Of a DNA stretch of 64,000 nucleotides, positions 25,578-38,300 are shown piece after piece. This DNA comes from Squalus acanthias. Its lineage: Eukaryota. The position numbers and the translations under genes were made by a program. Under the pieces are notes generated by a model. The model ran no database searches and was not told the origin of the DNA. It worked only from the letters and a program-made list of their open reading frames with translations. Each line of letters opens with the position of its first letter. The first letter of the stretch is position 1. The DNA is taken from contig CM059432.1 of the NCBI GenBank assembly GCA_030390025.1, forward strand, positions 7,564,001-7,628,000. The letters run 5' to 3'.

Positions 25578-25893
25578 AAGAACATAAGAACATAACATAA
25601 GAAATAGGAGCAGGAGTTGGCCATTTGGCCCTTCGAGCCTGCTCCGCCATTCAATAAGATCATGGCTAATCATCCATCGATCTCAACACCACTTTCCTGC
25701 ACCATCCCCATATCCCTTGATTCCCTTAATATTCAAAAATCTATCGATTTCTGTCTTGAATATACTCAACGACTGAGCCTCCACAGCCCTCTGGGGTAGA
25801 GAATTCCAAAGATTCGCCACCCTCTGAGTGAAGAAATTTCTCCTCATCTCAGTCCTAAATGGCCGACCCCTTATCCTGAGACCGTGACCCCTG
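25578..25893 (-). mobile_element. CR1 3' fragment
   Basis: RRNFFTQRVANLWNSLP and 3'UTR. Confidence 0.9.
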
Positions 25894-26430
25894 AGTTCCT
25901 GAGTGCGACCGACATTACTGCATCTCGAAGGCAGGCGGGCATCGACGGGGGGGAACGAGTCTTCCAAATCACTGTGGTCTCCGGGAACTTGTTTGATGCC
26001 CTTCGGAGGTCAGAGAGGAATATCCCAGTATTTTTTCCTAAATTACCTGGTCCCGAGTCTCTCCCTGTATTGCGGCAGCTGCTGGTCGGCCCTTGTTGAT
26101 GGCCGGCATTCGGTGTGGGCACAAACCCTTGGCTGCCACCAAGGAATGTGACGCCCGCGGTTCTCTTATGCCAATCCCCTGGCATTTTGAGGCCCGAAGG
26201 GAGACCCAGCTGCAAATTGAAACCTATGGTCCCAATATCGACCGTCGCGAGACCGCCCAGCAAAAAATCGCACATGTACTTCAGCCCTGTGGCCTCGGGA
26301 GCGCTTCCCCTGCTGATGGCCAGGGAATCGCTATTCACTCCACGGTGCTCTACAAGTTTCCACGCCAACACAGACGCTGGAGCTGAACTTTTGTAAACTT
26401 CCTGCCGCACCATACAGGGAGAGAAAGATA

Positions 26431-26881
26431 GTTACGTGGATAGACTGGAGAAGTTTGGGGTTGTCCTCCTTGGAGCAGAGAAGGCTAAGAGGAGATTTTT
26501 GATAGCGGTGTTTAAAATCATGAAGGGTTTAGACAGAGTAAATAAAGAGAAACTGTTTCCAATGGCTGAAGGCTCGATGACCAGAGGGCACAGATTTAAG
26601 GTGATTGGCAAAAGATCCGGAGGCAACATGAGGAAAAACTTTTTTACGCAGCAAGTGGTTAGGATTTGGAATGCGCTGCCTGATAGGGTGGTGGAAACAG
26701 ATTCAATAGTGGCCTTCAAAAGGGAATTGGATAAATACTTGAAGGAGAAAAAATTGCAGTAATATGGGGAAAGAGCGGGGGGAGTGGGACTAATGGGATT
26801 ACTCTTCGCAAAAGCCGGCGCAGACTCGATGGGCCGAATGGCCTCCTTCCGTGCTGTACTATTCTGTGATTCTATTCTATA
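26431..26881 (+). mobile_element. CR1 3' fragment
   Basis: ORF 26436-26762 TRGHRFK...RKNFFTQ. Confidence 0.88.
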
Positions 26882-27512
26882 GAGCAGAGCTGCTGCAGTC
26901 TGCATTCCCCACTCGTTTCCCACCGCCATAATGCTCCCTGCGTACATGGGAATGCACGGTGCACTGCAATGACTTCGATTAGCTTCAGCTCCCCACCGCA
27001 TCACCGTGGGACCACTGATGAGTTCCCGATCCTGGATCCATTTTTCCCGGGATCACAGCAGCAGGTCCTTATTTCTCCAAGACCTAAGCCCCTTCTGTGC
27101 TGCTTTTTGGACTCAAGCGGACAGAGGAGAGCTCTGAGCGTCATTTCCTCCTGTTTAAGGCCCCTCTGTGCTACTTGCCATTGATCGGATGAAGCGGATG
27201 AGTCAAAGTAAAAAAAAAAAAATCCATTTACCGGCATTGTTATTTGTTCATCTTGATAAACACGAAAACAGACATATATTGAACCAACACTACCTTTTCC
27301 ACATTACCTCAATTACAGCCAAATAACTGTGAACACAGCTACAGCTACAAGGACACCAGTGTGAAGGTTTGGCATTTTAAATTAACATCTTCTCAGACAG
27401 GAATGCCAATTCGTGTTCAGAGTTTATTAAAAATAGACAATTTTTCTGAGTTATCTTTTTGATTGAAAATAGGTCATTGAGAAACAGAAAGGGACCAACA
27501 ACTGATTTATAT

Positions 27513-27951
27513 CAGCAGAAACTGATAGCCAAGTTCCGCACCCATGAGGACGGCCTCAACCGGGATCTCGGTTTCATGTCACGCTACAGGACGTGACTCG
27601 ACGTCGTTGTCTGGTTCACAGATGTGATTTCCAGTTTTAAAAAAAAATAAAAAGCTTAACTGCAGACTGCAGCATTTGACACGTTGGACCCCCTGTGACC
27701 CCACCTCATTGTCTTAGCTGTATTCTGCTGTGTCTTTGATGTAATGCCTCCCTGACGGATTGTATCTCTGCAGACACATTGTTCTCTGTCTATATATACT
27801 GTGTAATCGATTTGTATTCCCTCACTGTACCTGACGAAGGAGCAGAGCTCCGAAAGCTCGTAATTTCAAATAAAACTGTTGGACTATAACCTGGTGTTGT
27901 GCGACTTCTCATTTTTGTCCACCCCAGTCCAACACCGGCATCTCCGCATCA
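27513..27951 (+). mobile_element. Penelope-like 3' fragment (ORF end plus pLTR)
   Basis: QKLIAKFRTHEDGLNRDLGFMSRYRT* then pLTR ending CTCCGCATCA; near-TSD TGATTTATA/TGGTTTATA. Confidence 0.9.
27828..27862 (+). ncRNA. Minimal hammerhead ribozyme motif
   Basis: tac-CTGACGA-A-GGAGC(aga)GCTCC-GAAA-GC-TC-gta. Confidence 0.75.
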
Positions 27952-28860
27952 TGGTTTATACCTATAAGTGCTACTGGTAATAAGTGACTGGCTGCCACAT
28001 ATTAATTGTATAGCTTCGGCTGACTAAGCTCAGTGAGGGGCAGAGAGAGTACTGGCGCCACCTCGCCCTCCAGTGCCTACGGCGGAGGGAGCGTAGGCAG
28101 AGAGAAATTCGGGAACGTGCGCGCAGAGAGATGAGGAGGGACATCGGGGCTCTCACCAGGAGGCCTTACCCTCCGAGGGTATTCCGGCAGCACTTCTCCT
28201 ACCTTCAGTGAAGCAAGGAGCAGTGTGTTAGATGGCTCCACCTCACCAAGGAGGTGATCACAGAACTCTGCCACCTCCTCCAAACAGACCTCCAGCCTCA
28301 CACCAGGATGACTTAAAGCCCAGATCCCCTTTGCTCACCACATCCCCATTATTCCATCCCTCTCACAGTCCATATCACAGCGCAAAGCTGAAATGACAGA
28401 CACCACAAAATAATGGTAAGTGAAGTAATAAATTTATCAAAAAGTAGTAGGACACATATTTAAACCAAAAATATTAACTATTCACTCTTGTGCAATCACT
28501 CAGTGCCGGTCATTACTGTGCCTTTTCCTGCTCTTGTGCTCTTACAAAGTGTTGGCCCAGTGGCTGGTGGAAAGCTACTGAGTGTCCGTGAGGGAGACTT
28601 CAAATGGCCTTGCAGGATGTCCTCAACCAGCTCTGGGCCTGGAAGGCCCGGCTGTAGATTGCACCACCTCCACATGGGCGGCAGCAGTCTGGGCTGGCTG
28701 GATGACAGGCAGCGACAAGGCTAATGGCAGAGTGACAGTGGTGGGAGCAGGAATGCTGTCATCCTGAGAGAGTGATGCGGAGATGCCGGTGTTGGACTGG
28801 GGTGGACAAAAATGAGAAGTCGCACAACACCAGGTTATAGTCCAACAGATTTATTTAAAA

Positions 28861-28898
28861 TTACAAGCTTTCGGAGCTGTTGCCCCTTCATCAGGTAA
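28861..28898 (-). ncRNA. Minimal hammerhead ribozyme motif (3' pLTR)
   Basis: ttac-CTGATGA-A-GGGGC(aaca)GCTCC-GAAA-GC-TT-gtaa. Confidence 0.75.
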
Positions 28899-29154
28899 AG
28901 GTACAATGAGGGAATCTACAGTATTACACAGTATATAAACACAGAAAGCAATTTGTCTGCAGAGATACAATCTTTCAGGGAGGCATTACATCAAAGACAC
29001 ACCAGAGCACAGCCAAGACAATGAGATGGGTCACAGGGGGTCCAACGTATCAAATCCTGCTGTCTGCAGTTGAGCTTTTAACCTTTTTTTTAGTTTTTTT
29101 GGTTTTTTTTGTGTTTTTTTTTTAAAAACTGGAAAGACAGACAATGATGTCGAG

Positions 29155-31832
29155 TCACGTTCTGTAGCGTGACATGAACCCGATATCCCTATTGAGGCTG
29201 TCCTCATGGGTGCGGAACTTGGCTATCAGTTTCTGCTCGATGATGTTGCGTTGTCGTGTGTCTCGAAGGCCGCCTTGGAGAGCGCTAACCCGCAGATCCG
29301 AGGCTGAATGTCCTTGACTGCTGAAGTGTTCCCCGACTGGGAGGTAACAATCCTGCCTGGCGATTGTTGCGCGGTGTCCGTTCATACGTTGTCTCAGTGT
29401 CTGCATGGTCTCGCTGATGTACCATGCTCCGGGGCATCCTTTCCTGCAACGTATCAGGTAGACAACGTTGGCCGAGTCACATGAGTATGTACCATGTACC
29501 TGGTGGGTAGTGTCCTCATGTGTGATGATGGTATCTGTGTTGATGATCTGGCATGTCTTGCAGAGGTTGCCGTGGCAGGGTTGTGTGGTGTCGTGGTCGC
29601 TGTTCTCCTGACAGCTGGGTAATTTGCTGCGAATGATGGTACTTTTGAGGTTAGGCGGCTGCTTGAAGGCGAGTAGTGGAGGCGTGGGGATGGCCTTAGC
29701 AAGGTGTTCGTCATCATCGATGACATGTTGAAGGCTGCGAAGAACATGGCGTAGTTTTTCCGCTCCGGGGAAGTACTGGACAACGTAGGGTACTCTGTTG
29801 GTTGTGTCCCGTGTTCGCCTTCTGAGGAGGTCTATGCGGTTTTTCGCTGTGGCCCGTCGGAACTGTCGATCGACAAGTCGAGCGTCATATCCCGTTCTTA
29901 CGAGGGCGTCTTTCAGTGTCCGTAGGTGTCCATCGCATTCCTCCTCGTCTGAGCAGATCCTGTGTATTCGCAGGGCTTGTCCATAGGGGATGGCTTCTTT
30001 AACGTGGTTAGGGTGGAAGCTGGAGAAGTGGAGCATCGTGAGGTTGTCCGTGTGCTTGCGGTAGAGTGAAGTGCTGAGGCGTCCGTCTTTGATGGAGATT
30101 CGTGTGTCCAAGAATGAATCCGATTCTGAGGAGTAGTCCATGGTGAGTTTGATGGTGGGATGGAACCTGTTGATGTTATTGTGTAGTCCTTTCAGTGATC
30201 CTTCGCCGTGGGTCCAAAGGAAGAAGATGTCGTCGATGTATCTGGTGTACAGCGTTGGTTGGAGGTCCTGTGCAGCGAAGAAGTCTTGCTCGAACTTGTG
30301 CATGAAGATGTTGGCGTATTGGGGTGCGAATTTGGTCCCCATGGCTGTTCCGTGTGTTTGGGTAAAAAACTGGTTGTCGAAGGTGAAGACATTGTGGTCA
30401 AGGATGAAGCGGATGAGTTGTAGGATGGCGTCTGGAGATTGGCTGTTGTTGGTGTTGAGTACTGAGGCTGTCGCAGCGATGCCGTCATCGTGGGGGATAT
30501 TGGTGTAGAGTGCCGATACGTCCATCGTGGCGAGGAGTGTTCCTGGTTCAACTGGTCCATGGGTGCTGAGTTTCTGCAAGAAGTCTGTAGTGTCGCGACA
30601 GAAGCTGGGGGTTCCCTGTACGATGGGTTTCAGGATGCCCTCGACGTACCCAGAGAGGTTCTCACACAGGGTTCCGTTGCCTGATACGATAGGATGTCCG
30701 GGTGTGTTGGCTTTGTGTATCTTTGGGAGGCAGTAAAAGTCTCCTACGCGGGGAGTATGTGGGATGAGAGCGCGTAGGATGTTTTGAAGGTCTGGATCGA
30801 AGGTCTTGATCAGTCTATTGAGTTGGCGGGTGTGTTCTTTGGTCGGATCTGCGGGTAACTGTCTGTAGTGTTCCTGGTTGTCCAGTTGTCGGTATGCTTC
30901 TTTGCAATAGTCCATTCTGTTCTGTATGACGATGGCTCCTCCTTTGTCCGCTGGTTTGATGATGATGTTGCGGTTGGTCTTGAGAGTGTGGATGGCGTTG
31001 CATTGTGCTCGGGTGACATTCTGGACTGTCTTGTGAGTGCGGCTGATGAATCTGGCGTTGATGCATTTCCTGACAGCTTGAGCATACATGTCAAGCTTAG
31101 GGCAGCGACCCTCCGGAGGGGTCCAATTGGACTCTTTCTTCTTCGGTTGCTGCACTGCGGTTCCCTCTGTCTGCTGTTCCGGATCATTGATTGTCTCATT
31201 GGGTTTGTTGCTGACATCTTGGGATTTGTGATAGTATTCCCGGATCCTCATTCTCCTGATGAATTCCTCTGTGTCTGCCGCGAGACCGATGGGGTCCATT
31301 TTGGGGTGGGGCAGAACTTGAGCCCTAGGGCGAGAACTTCGATTTCGTCTGGTTGAAGGGTGTGGTCCGACAGGTTGACGATGGACTTCCCTGTGTTTGC
31401 AACCGTGCTACCGGGGGAGGCTTGGTTGCTGCTGGTGGTGATGCCGAGTTTCTCAAGCTTCCTGTTCTTGATGCGCATGTAGGAAGCGTAGTTCCGTTGC
31501 CTCGTCTGTTTGGCGGTGTCTCGTAGCTGATCTGCTGTGTCCTGAGCACAGGCTGAGAGCATGGACTGTATCTTGGTTTCGAGGTTGCGGCATCTGCTGT
31601 AGAGCTGGTGTACGAGATGGTTGAGGAGTGTGCGAGAGGTACGACGGCAAAGTCTCTCAGCGTAGTCTGTGTTGTATGTCGACTTGAGTGGGTTCGTGAT
31701 CTGTAGTCCTTTCGGAATCTTGTCTGCTTTCTTGCATCTCTGTAGATACTTGATGTCTGTGTCAATATGCGCGATCTTCTTGGAGATTCTCTCCACTTTG
31801 AGCCGGCAGTTTGTGCTGTCAATAGTGGTCAT
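29155..31832 (-). pseudogene. Penelope RT plus GIY-YIG endonuclease ORF (about 890 aa, one frameshift near 31300)
   Basis: ATG at the pLTR edge; LGLKFCP, KPADKG, LPKIHK, DVSALYTNIP, GTAMG, RYIDD, YRK; VVYLIRC...WYISET...R..GH nuclease. Confidence 0.93.
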
Positions 31833-31919
31833 GATGCGGAGATGCCGGTGTTGGACTGGGGTGGACAAAAATGAGAAGTCGCACAACACCAGGTTATAGT
31901 CCAACAGATTTATTTAAAA

Positions 31920-31957
31920 TTACAACCTTTCGGAGCTGTTGCCCCTTCGTCAGGTAA
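31920..31957 (-). ncRNA. Hammerhead motif, 5' pLTR copy, stem III palindrome broken (GAAAGGTT)
   Basis: Same layout as 28861-28898 with AGCT>AGGT. Confidence 0.6.
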
Positions 31958-32620
31958 AGGTACAATGAGGGAATCTATTACACAGTATATAAACACAGAA
32001 AACAATTTGTCTGCAGAGATACAATCTTTCAGGGAGGCCTTACATCAAAGACACACCAGAGCACAGCCAAGACAATGAGATGGGTCACAGGGGGTCCAAC
32101 GTGTCAAATCCTGCCATCTGCAGTTCAGCTTTTAACCTTTTTTTTTTGTTTTTTTTTGTTTTGTTTTTTTTGGTGTTTTTTTTTTTAAAAACTGGAAAGA
32201 CAGACAACGATGTCGAGTCACGTTCTGTAGCGTGACATGAACCCCAGATCCCTATTGAGGCCGTCCTCATGGGTGCGGAACTTGGCTATCAGTTTCTGCT
32301 CGATGATTTTGCGTTGTCGTGTGTCTCGAAGGTCGCCTTGGAGAACGCTAACCCGCAGATCCGAGGCTGAATGTCCTTGACTGCTGAAGTATTCCCCGAC
32401 TGGGAGGCAACAATCCTGCCTGGCGATTGTTGCGCGGTGTCCGTTCATACGTTGTCTCAGTGTCTGCATGGTCTCGCCGATGTACCATGCTCCAGGGCAT
32501 CCTTTCCTGCAACGTATCAGGTAGACAACGTTGGCCGAGTCACATGAGTATGTACCATGTACCTGGTGGGTAGTGTCCTCATATGTGATCTGGCATGTCT
32601 TGCAGAGGTTGCCGTGGCTG

Positions 32621-34205
32621 TCCTGAGAGAGGACAGCAGCTTCCTGCTCCACTGACTCGCTGCCACTTCCCTGGGGCAGCACCTCAGCATCCCTAGCAAT
32701 TTTTTGGAGCACAGATTGCTGGCCTGCTGCGACACCGTGAAAGCCCCGGTCGACATTGGTAGACCCAGCGACAATGGCAGCAGCCAGAGCTTGCGTGGCA
32801 TTAAGCTGAGAGTGCATGAGAGCAGTCTGAGATTGAATGCCACCAAGCATAAACTGCATTACAGCACTAAGACGTTGCGTGGCTTCTGCCTGTGCTGCAA
32901 TGGAAGCTGCCAGATCGCCCATCACAGGCGGCATCAGGTCTGGGTCGCCACAGTCTCTCTGGGAGTCTACCATCCTTTGCAGACTGGAAATGATGGGCTC
33001 CATGGTGTGCGCAGAGCCTTGTGCTATGTTGGAGGCAGACTCCTCCACGCTTCTTGCCATTGCCAAGAGGCTCTCAGGCACCCTTGCTGTTGCACCTATC
33101 ATCTCCGTGTGCATGCCCATCACCCTTCTTCTAAAGGCCTCCCCATCAAAGTCCTCATCTGAGTCCTGTGCAGCAGAACTCGCGTGCAAACTCACCCTCC
33201 AGGGAGCTACCCTTTTCCCCCGGCCTTGCTGCAGCCCACTCATCCCCAGTGCCTCACCCTTTGCAGGTCCCACTACTATACTAACCTCTAAAGAACGCAT
33301 AGTGCCAGTATCTGAGCTGATGTCTGCAGGTGAGACATGCAGTGACGCGGTATGTTCTTCCTCCTCCTCTTCTCCCACCTCACTCTCTACAGTGCCTCAG
33401 GGACAGGCTGCTCAGCTGCTTGCTCATTATCTGAAAGCATAAAGGCACAAGAGTTCGGGTTAAGGTGAGGGGAGCGGGCCAGGAAGGGAAAAATGCATGC
33501 ATACAGCATGATTAGCTGGAAAGTGCGAAACGCTTGTGGGGTGAGGGGGAAGTGGGATGTGAGAAGAAGGAGTAGGGATGAACATACCGTTGTTGTCCCC
33601 AAGGGGGCCAACGTCGCCGGTGACCATGGTGCCCACCACCTGGTGCCCAATAATCTGCAGCACTCTATTCTCCAGCGCAAACAGTGGTTGGGTGTCAGCT
33701 TGTCCCACGTCTGTGAACTCCTGCTCCCTCCTGTTGTGAGCCAGCTTGGCCTGCACGAGAAAGGAAAGTGTGTGAGTGAGTGTGGAGCAATGTGTTTGGG
33801 TGATATGCCTGGCATAGTTGAATAGCTGTCATTGTGTGCAAGGTGTGCGATGTTGGTAGGTAGAAATTGTTGGTGGGTGAGTGCTGGGGGTGTGGTGCTT
33901 TGGGCAATGTGTGCAGACTAAGGTTCAGATGGTGGTATGTTGCATTTGTTGTAGCATTCACATCCTGACCACCCGAGTGAGGTTGTTAAATTTCTTCCTG
34001 CACTGTGTGTGGGTCCTGGGGACCACAGTGCTGCCCAAGACGGCTGGGCTACCTCCCTCCACATGGTGTGGAAGACATGTGGGGAGGGCCTCCTGCCACT
34101 TGCAGGGTACGGCACCGCCCTCCGTCTCTCCACAGCGAAAACCAATGGCTCCAATGCTTCATCGGAAAATCTGCGGGCTCTCTCCCTGGGCCATAGACCT
34201 GCCAT
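32621..34205 (-). pseudogene. Harbinger Myb/SANT-like gene; exons 34205-33964, 33750-33588, 33430 onward (C-terminal remainder below 28772)
   Basis: RARRFSDEALEPLV...WREVA...QCRKKFNNL; 163-nt exon 2 as in the 43-kb copy; 1-nt deletions near 34045 and 33390; exon 1 donor GT>AT. Confidence 0.85.
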
Positions 34206-34564
34206 GAGCACACCTGGTTCAGTCCTTCGGCTCCTTCTCCTTGTTCTGCTTCTGCTTGCTGAGGCAGTTGCACAGCCAGCAATGCTGAGAATGAGGTGCT
34301 GCAGCATCAATGAACCTCCCCTTTACGTAGTGAAAAAAGCCTGTGGCAATGATGAGTTGCGATTAGACTGCACCCGATATTGGTCCAGCCTTTAAGGGTA
34401 AAGCCAATGAGCTTGGGTTTTAAGATTTGATTTAGGACTCCAATCATTTTATTGAGCAGTGAGGACGAATTTTGTGTGCAGCCTAAAGCATTTGTGTCTG
34501 GCGCTAATTCTCCAACATTTCTACTGACACCGCCCACTCCTTGGCTATAATGAATTTCTAGCCC

Positions 34565-34902
34565 ATAGAATCTTACAGCACAGAAGGAGGCCATTCAGCC
34601 CATCATGCCTGTGCTGGCTCTTTGAAATTAGTTCAACTCCCCCTGCTCTTTCCCTGTGGCCCTGAAATTTTCACCCCTTCAAGTTTTTATCCAATTTCCT
34701 TTTGAAAGTTACCATTGAATCTGCTTCCACCGCCCTTTCAGGCAGCGCGTTCCAGATCATAACAGCTCGTGGCGTAAAAAAATATTCCCCTCATCTCCCC
34801 CTCTGGTTCTTGTGCCAATTACCTTAAATCTGTGTCCTCTGATTACCGACCCTCCTGCCAGTGGAAACAGTTTCTCCTTATTTACTCCATCGAAACCCTT
34901 CC
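34565..34902 (-). mobile_element. CR1 3' fragment
   Basis: ATAGAATC tail and ACAGCACAGAAGGAGGCCATTC 3'UTR. Confidence 0.85.
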
Positions 34903-35561
34903 TGACTAATCACTTGAGTTGTGAGAGCTAAGCGTGAGATTGACTTAGAGTTTGGTTTTAATGGTGGATAGTGACCAAGAGTTTGGCTGAACCATCAGAG
35001 TAAAGTCAAGAAAGGGGAAGTTAACGAGTGAACAATTAGCACGGAAGGAAAAGCAAGGCCTGTATTGTACGAACCTTGCATGATGTGGGAGTTGCTCGAA
35101 GCTGCAGCCTCACTTTTAACACCAAAGCCCAGCGAGAATGATGAGTACGGGCGGGAGGTTGACGGGTGAGTTAAAATAGGGCAGAGTACTTATCCCCCCT
35201 TTGGAGCCATACTTACACCGGCTGCTCTTTTAACTCCTGGGTTTCTGAGGCGTGTGAGGCCCTCGCCCCAGGCAGGTGAGGGCCACATGAATTTACAATT
35301 ATTTGGGCCCAGTGACGTTATTTGGACCCTGACGCTACTTTAACTCCTCTGTCGAGGGCCAGAAAATGCCCAGAGGAGTAATATTTAAACCCTTGTGGGT
35401 CAAGAGGAGCAGGGGAGCTCTTCCGGGCCCCACAAGAAATCCTTGGTACTCCATTATCTCAGGCAGCCCTACCCTACATGCGGCCACGATAGCTTCAGAT
35501 CCCCCCCCCCTCCCCCACCCCCCACCCCCCTTCATTACGGTTGTGGGTTAAACTCTCACTC

Positions 35562-35957
35562 AAGGACTTGAGCACAAAATCTAGGCTGACACTCCAGGGC
35601 AGTACTGAGGGAGTGCTGCATTGCCAGAGGTGCCGTTTTTCAGAAGAGATGTTAAATCGAGGCCCCGTCTGCTCTCTCAGGTGGATGTAAAAGATCCCAC
35701 GGCCACTATTTTGAAGAAGAGCAGGGGAGTTCTGGCCTGGCCAATGTTTATCCCTCAACTGATATCACTAAAACCGATTATCTGGTCATTATCACATTGC
35801 TGTTTGTGGGACCATGCTGTGCGCAAATTGGCTGCCGCGTTTCCTTCATTACAACAGTGACTACACTTCAAAAGTATTTCATTGGTTGTAAAGCGCTTTG
35901 GGATGTCCTGAGGTCGTAAAAGATGCTGTGTAAATGTAAGTCATTCTTTCATTCTTT
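35562..35957 (+). mobile_element. Deu-domain SINE (5'-truncated)
   Basis: Deu core and tail as in 854-1307. Confidence 0.8.
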
Positions 35958-36199
35958 ACTGTTTCCTTGGATCCTCTGTGGCTCCTGCCAGCCAGGCCAC
36001 GCCATCTTTGACGCCCGCCGGGTGTGGGCGGGAGTCTGAATTGAAACATTAAAACAAGGCTCCGAGGTTAAAATCACTCTGGCCCCTTGCTGTCGGGAAC
36101 GTGCGATCTTGTCACTCGCCCCGTCCACCTCGCGCCACGCTCTCACCCCGAGAGGGCGCAAGACGTGTCCAAGGAAATCACAGGTGCAAAGTTACGACA

Positions 36200-37010
36200 C
36201 TTGAGGCACTTTGCACTTTGCACAGGAGGAAGGGTTTCCTGGAACTCCGAGTGCGGGAGGGGGTTATCAGGAAAGACTCAACAGGCTGGGGCTCTTTTCT
36301 CTAGAAAAGGAAAGGCTGAGGTGGTGACCTGATAGAAGCCTTTAAAATTATGAGAGGGTTCGATAGGGCAGACGCAGAGAAGATGTTTCCACTTGTGGGG
36401 AAGTCCAAAGCTAGGGGCCATAAATATAAGATAGCTGCTGATAAATCCAACAGGGAATTCAGAAGAAACTTCTTTACCCAGAGAGCGGTGAGAATGTGGA
36501 ACTCGCCACCACAGGGAGTGGTTGAGGCGAAATCGCAGAGATGCATTTAAGGGGATCATAAGAACATAAGAAATAGGAGCAGGAGTAGGCCATATGGCCC
36601 CTTAAGCCTGCTCTGTCATTCAATAAGATCATGGCTGATCCACTACCTCAACTCCATTATCCCATCCTATCCCACATCCCTTGATTCCCTCAGTATCCAA
36701 AAATCTATCGATCTCAATCTTGAATACACTCAACGACTGAGCCTCCACAGCCCTCTGGGGCAGAGAATTCCAAAGATTCGCCACCCTCTGAGTGAAGAAA
36801 TTTCTCCTCATCTCAGTCCTAAATGACCGACCCCCTTATTCTGAGGCTGTGAACCCCTGGTTCTAGATAAGCGCATGAGGGAGAAAGGAATCGAAGGATA
36901 TGTTGATGGGGTGAGGTGAGGTGGGGTGGGAGGAGGCTGGTGTGGAGCATAAACGCTGGGTATGGACCAGCTGGGCCCAATGGCCTGTTTCTGTGCTGAA
37001 TATCCGAAGT
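36200..37010 (+). mobile_element. CR1 3' fragment with an antisense CR1 nested at 36557-36867
   Basis: RRNFFTQR motifs on both strands and two 3'UTRs. Confidence 0.85.
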
Positions 37011-38259
37011 AGCACAATTGGACACATATGTGGCCCTGAACCACTGGTAGCGCCATTACATCAATGTAAAGGGAGCGGGGAACTGGCCATCCCTGGTAAA
37101 GATCAAAGAATTCTTTTAAATGAGGGATTTGAAAGTCGCTTTTCTTGTTACTTTTGCGGCTGCTTCTGACCTTGGAATAAAGTCAATAATGGCAGCTGTG
37201 TTGGGGGTAAGCTGCCATTGTGGGCCTCGCTTCTGCCAGGATTCAGTCCTGCTACGTGCAGGGGCGCAGTGCGTTGTGGGGGGGTGGGGGGTAACCGACG
37301 CGGAACTGGCAGGATTTCGGAGGTCCGATGTCATCCTGCCGGTCGAGGCTCTTGCAGCGTTGCCGCCACGGAACGGGGAATGGGGGCAGGAGGTGACCCC
37401 TCACTTCCTGCGGAATTTTGGCGGCCAGAATTGGGCGTGAAAACCTGGTTAGATCTGAGAGCTGCCGCCCAATGTTCCTCACTGCCCCTTCCCGATTGTG
37501 CAAGTCTCATACTCGAAACTTTATCGGAATCTTGGAATTCCCCCAATGTGAAGACTTGTGGGATAAATATTCTGCACGTGGGCTAACCTGTTAATTTAAA
37601 AGAAAGACTCGCATTTCTATGGCGCCTTTCACGACCACCGGACATCTCAAAGCACTTTACAGCCAATGAAGTACTTTTGAAGTGTGGTCACTGTTGTAAT
37701 GTGGGAAACACGGCAGCTAACTCCCACAAAGAGCAACGTGAAAATGAGCAGATAATCTTTCTTTTTGTTATGTTGGTCGAGGGAGAAATATTGGCCAGGT
37801 CATTAAATCGCGGGGTTAGACTCTTGGACGAAAGATATGTCATCCCTTAATATGTTCTGTTTATAGCCTTCATTAAAAATTAATTTGATAAAGAATTAAG
37901 CCATTGATTTACAGCGGTAACAAAAGATTAGTTTAATGGTGCACTATATTTGGTTTGGTTCCAATGCAGCAATTAGTCTAATTACTTGTGCGCTAATTAG
38001 TCTATTGTGCAGGGATTTAGAAAGTTTATACTTTGAACACTCTCTTTAATGGAACTTAGTCCCAGTAATCAGAATGTAATGTAGTCTGGTGTCATCTTCA
38101 TCAAATATGAATGGTAATGGGATTCTCATGTACAGTGCCATTAGTTGTCGGAAGAAATCTCTTTTCTCCTTGGCATTACTTGTCATCCCAAGGTTATCTT
38201 CATGATTTGGGTTAAATGGTGATACATTTTGAGTTGAATATACATTTCTCTTATCGCAG

Positions 38260-38300
38260 AGAGAACCCACTGCGGCTCCATTTGTTAGCCCACAGATAAA
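38260..38300 (+). other. Candidate 41-nt host exon (REPTAAPFVSPQI)
   Basis: Acceptor TACATTTCTCTTATCGCAG and donor AAA|GTGAGT in non-repetitive DNA; only frame 0 is open. Confidence 0.3.

Larger units (their letters stand above)
28773..32620 (-). mobile_element. Penelope-like retroelement, near complete, partial-tandem structure
   Basis: Direct repeats 28773-~29577 and 31832-~32617; 11-bp TSD TCCTGAGAGAG at 28762-28772 and 32621-32631. Confidence 0.95.
27990..34564 (-). mobile_element. Harbinger element (GGGCTAGAAATTC family), internally deleted and interrupted by Penelope
   Basis: TIR AATGAATTTCTAGCCC at 34549-34564; Myb gene remnants on minus; transposase N-terminus RRPYPPRVFRQ...ELCHLLQTDLQP on plus at about 28095-28290; left end not found. 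Confidence 0.8.

Noticed and set aside
27016..27060. CTGATGAG hammerhead-like start
   Set aside because: No downstream GAAA core or consistent stems
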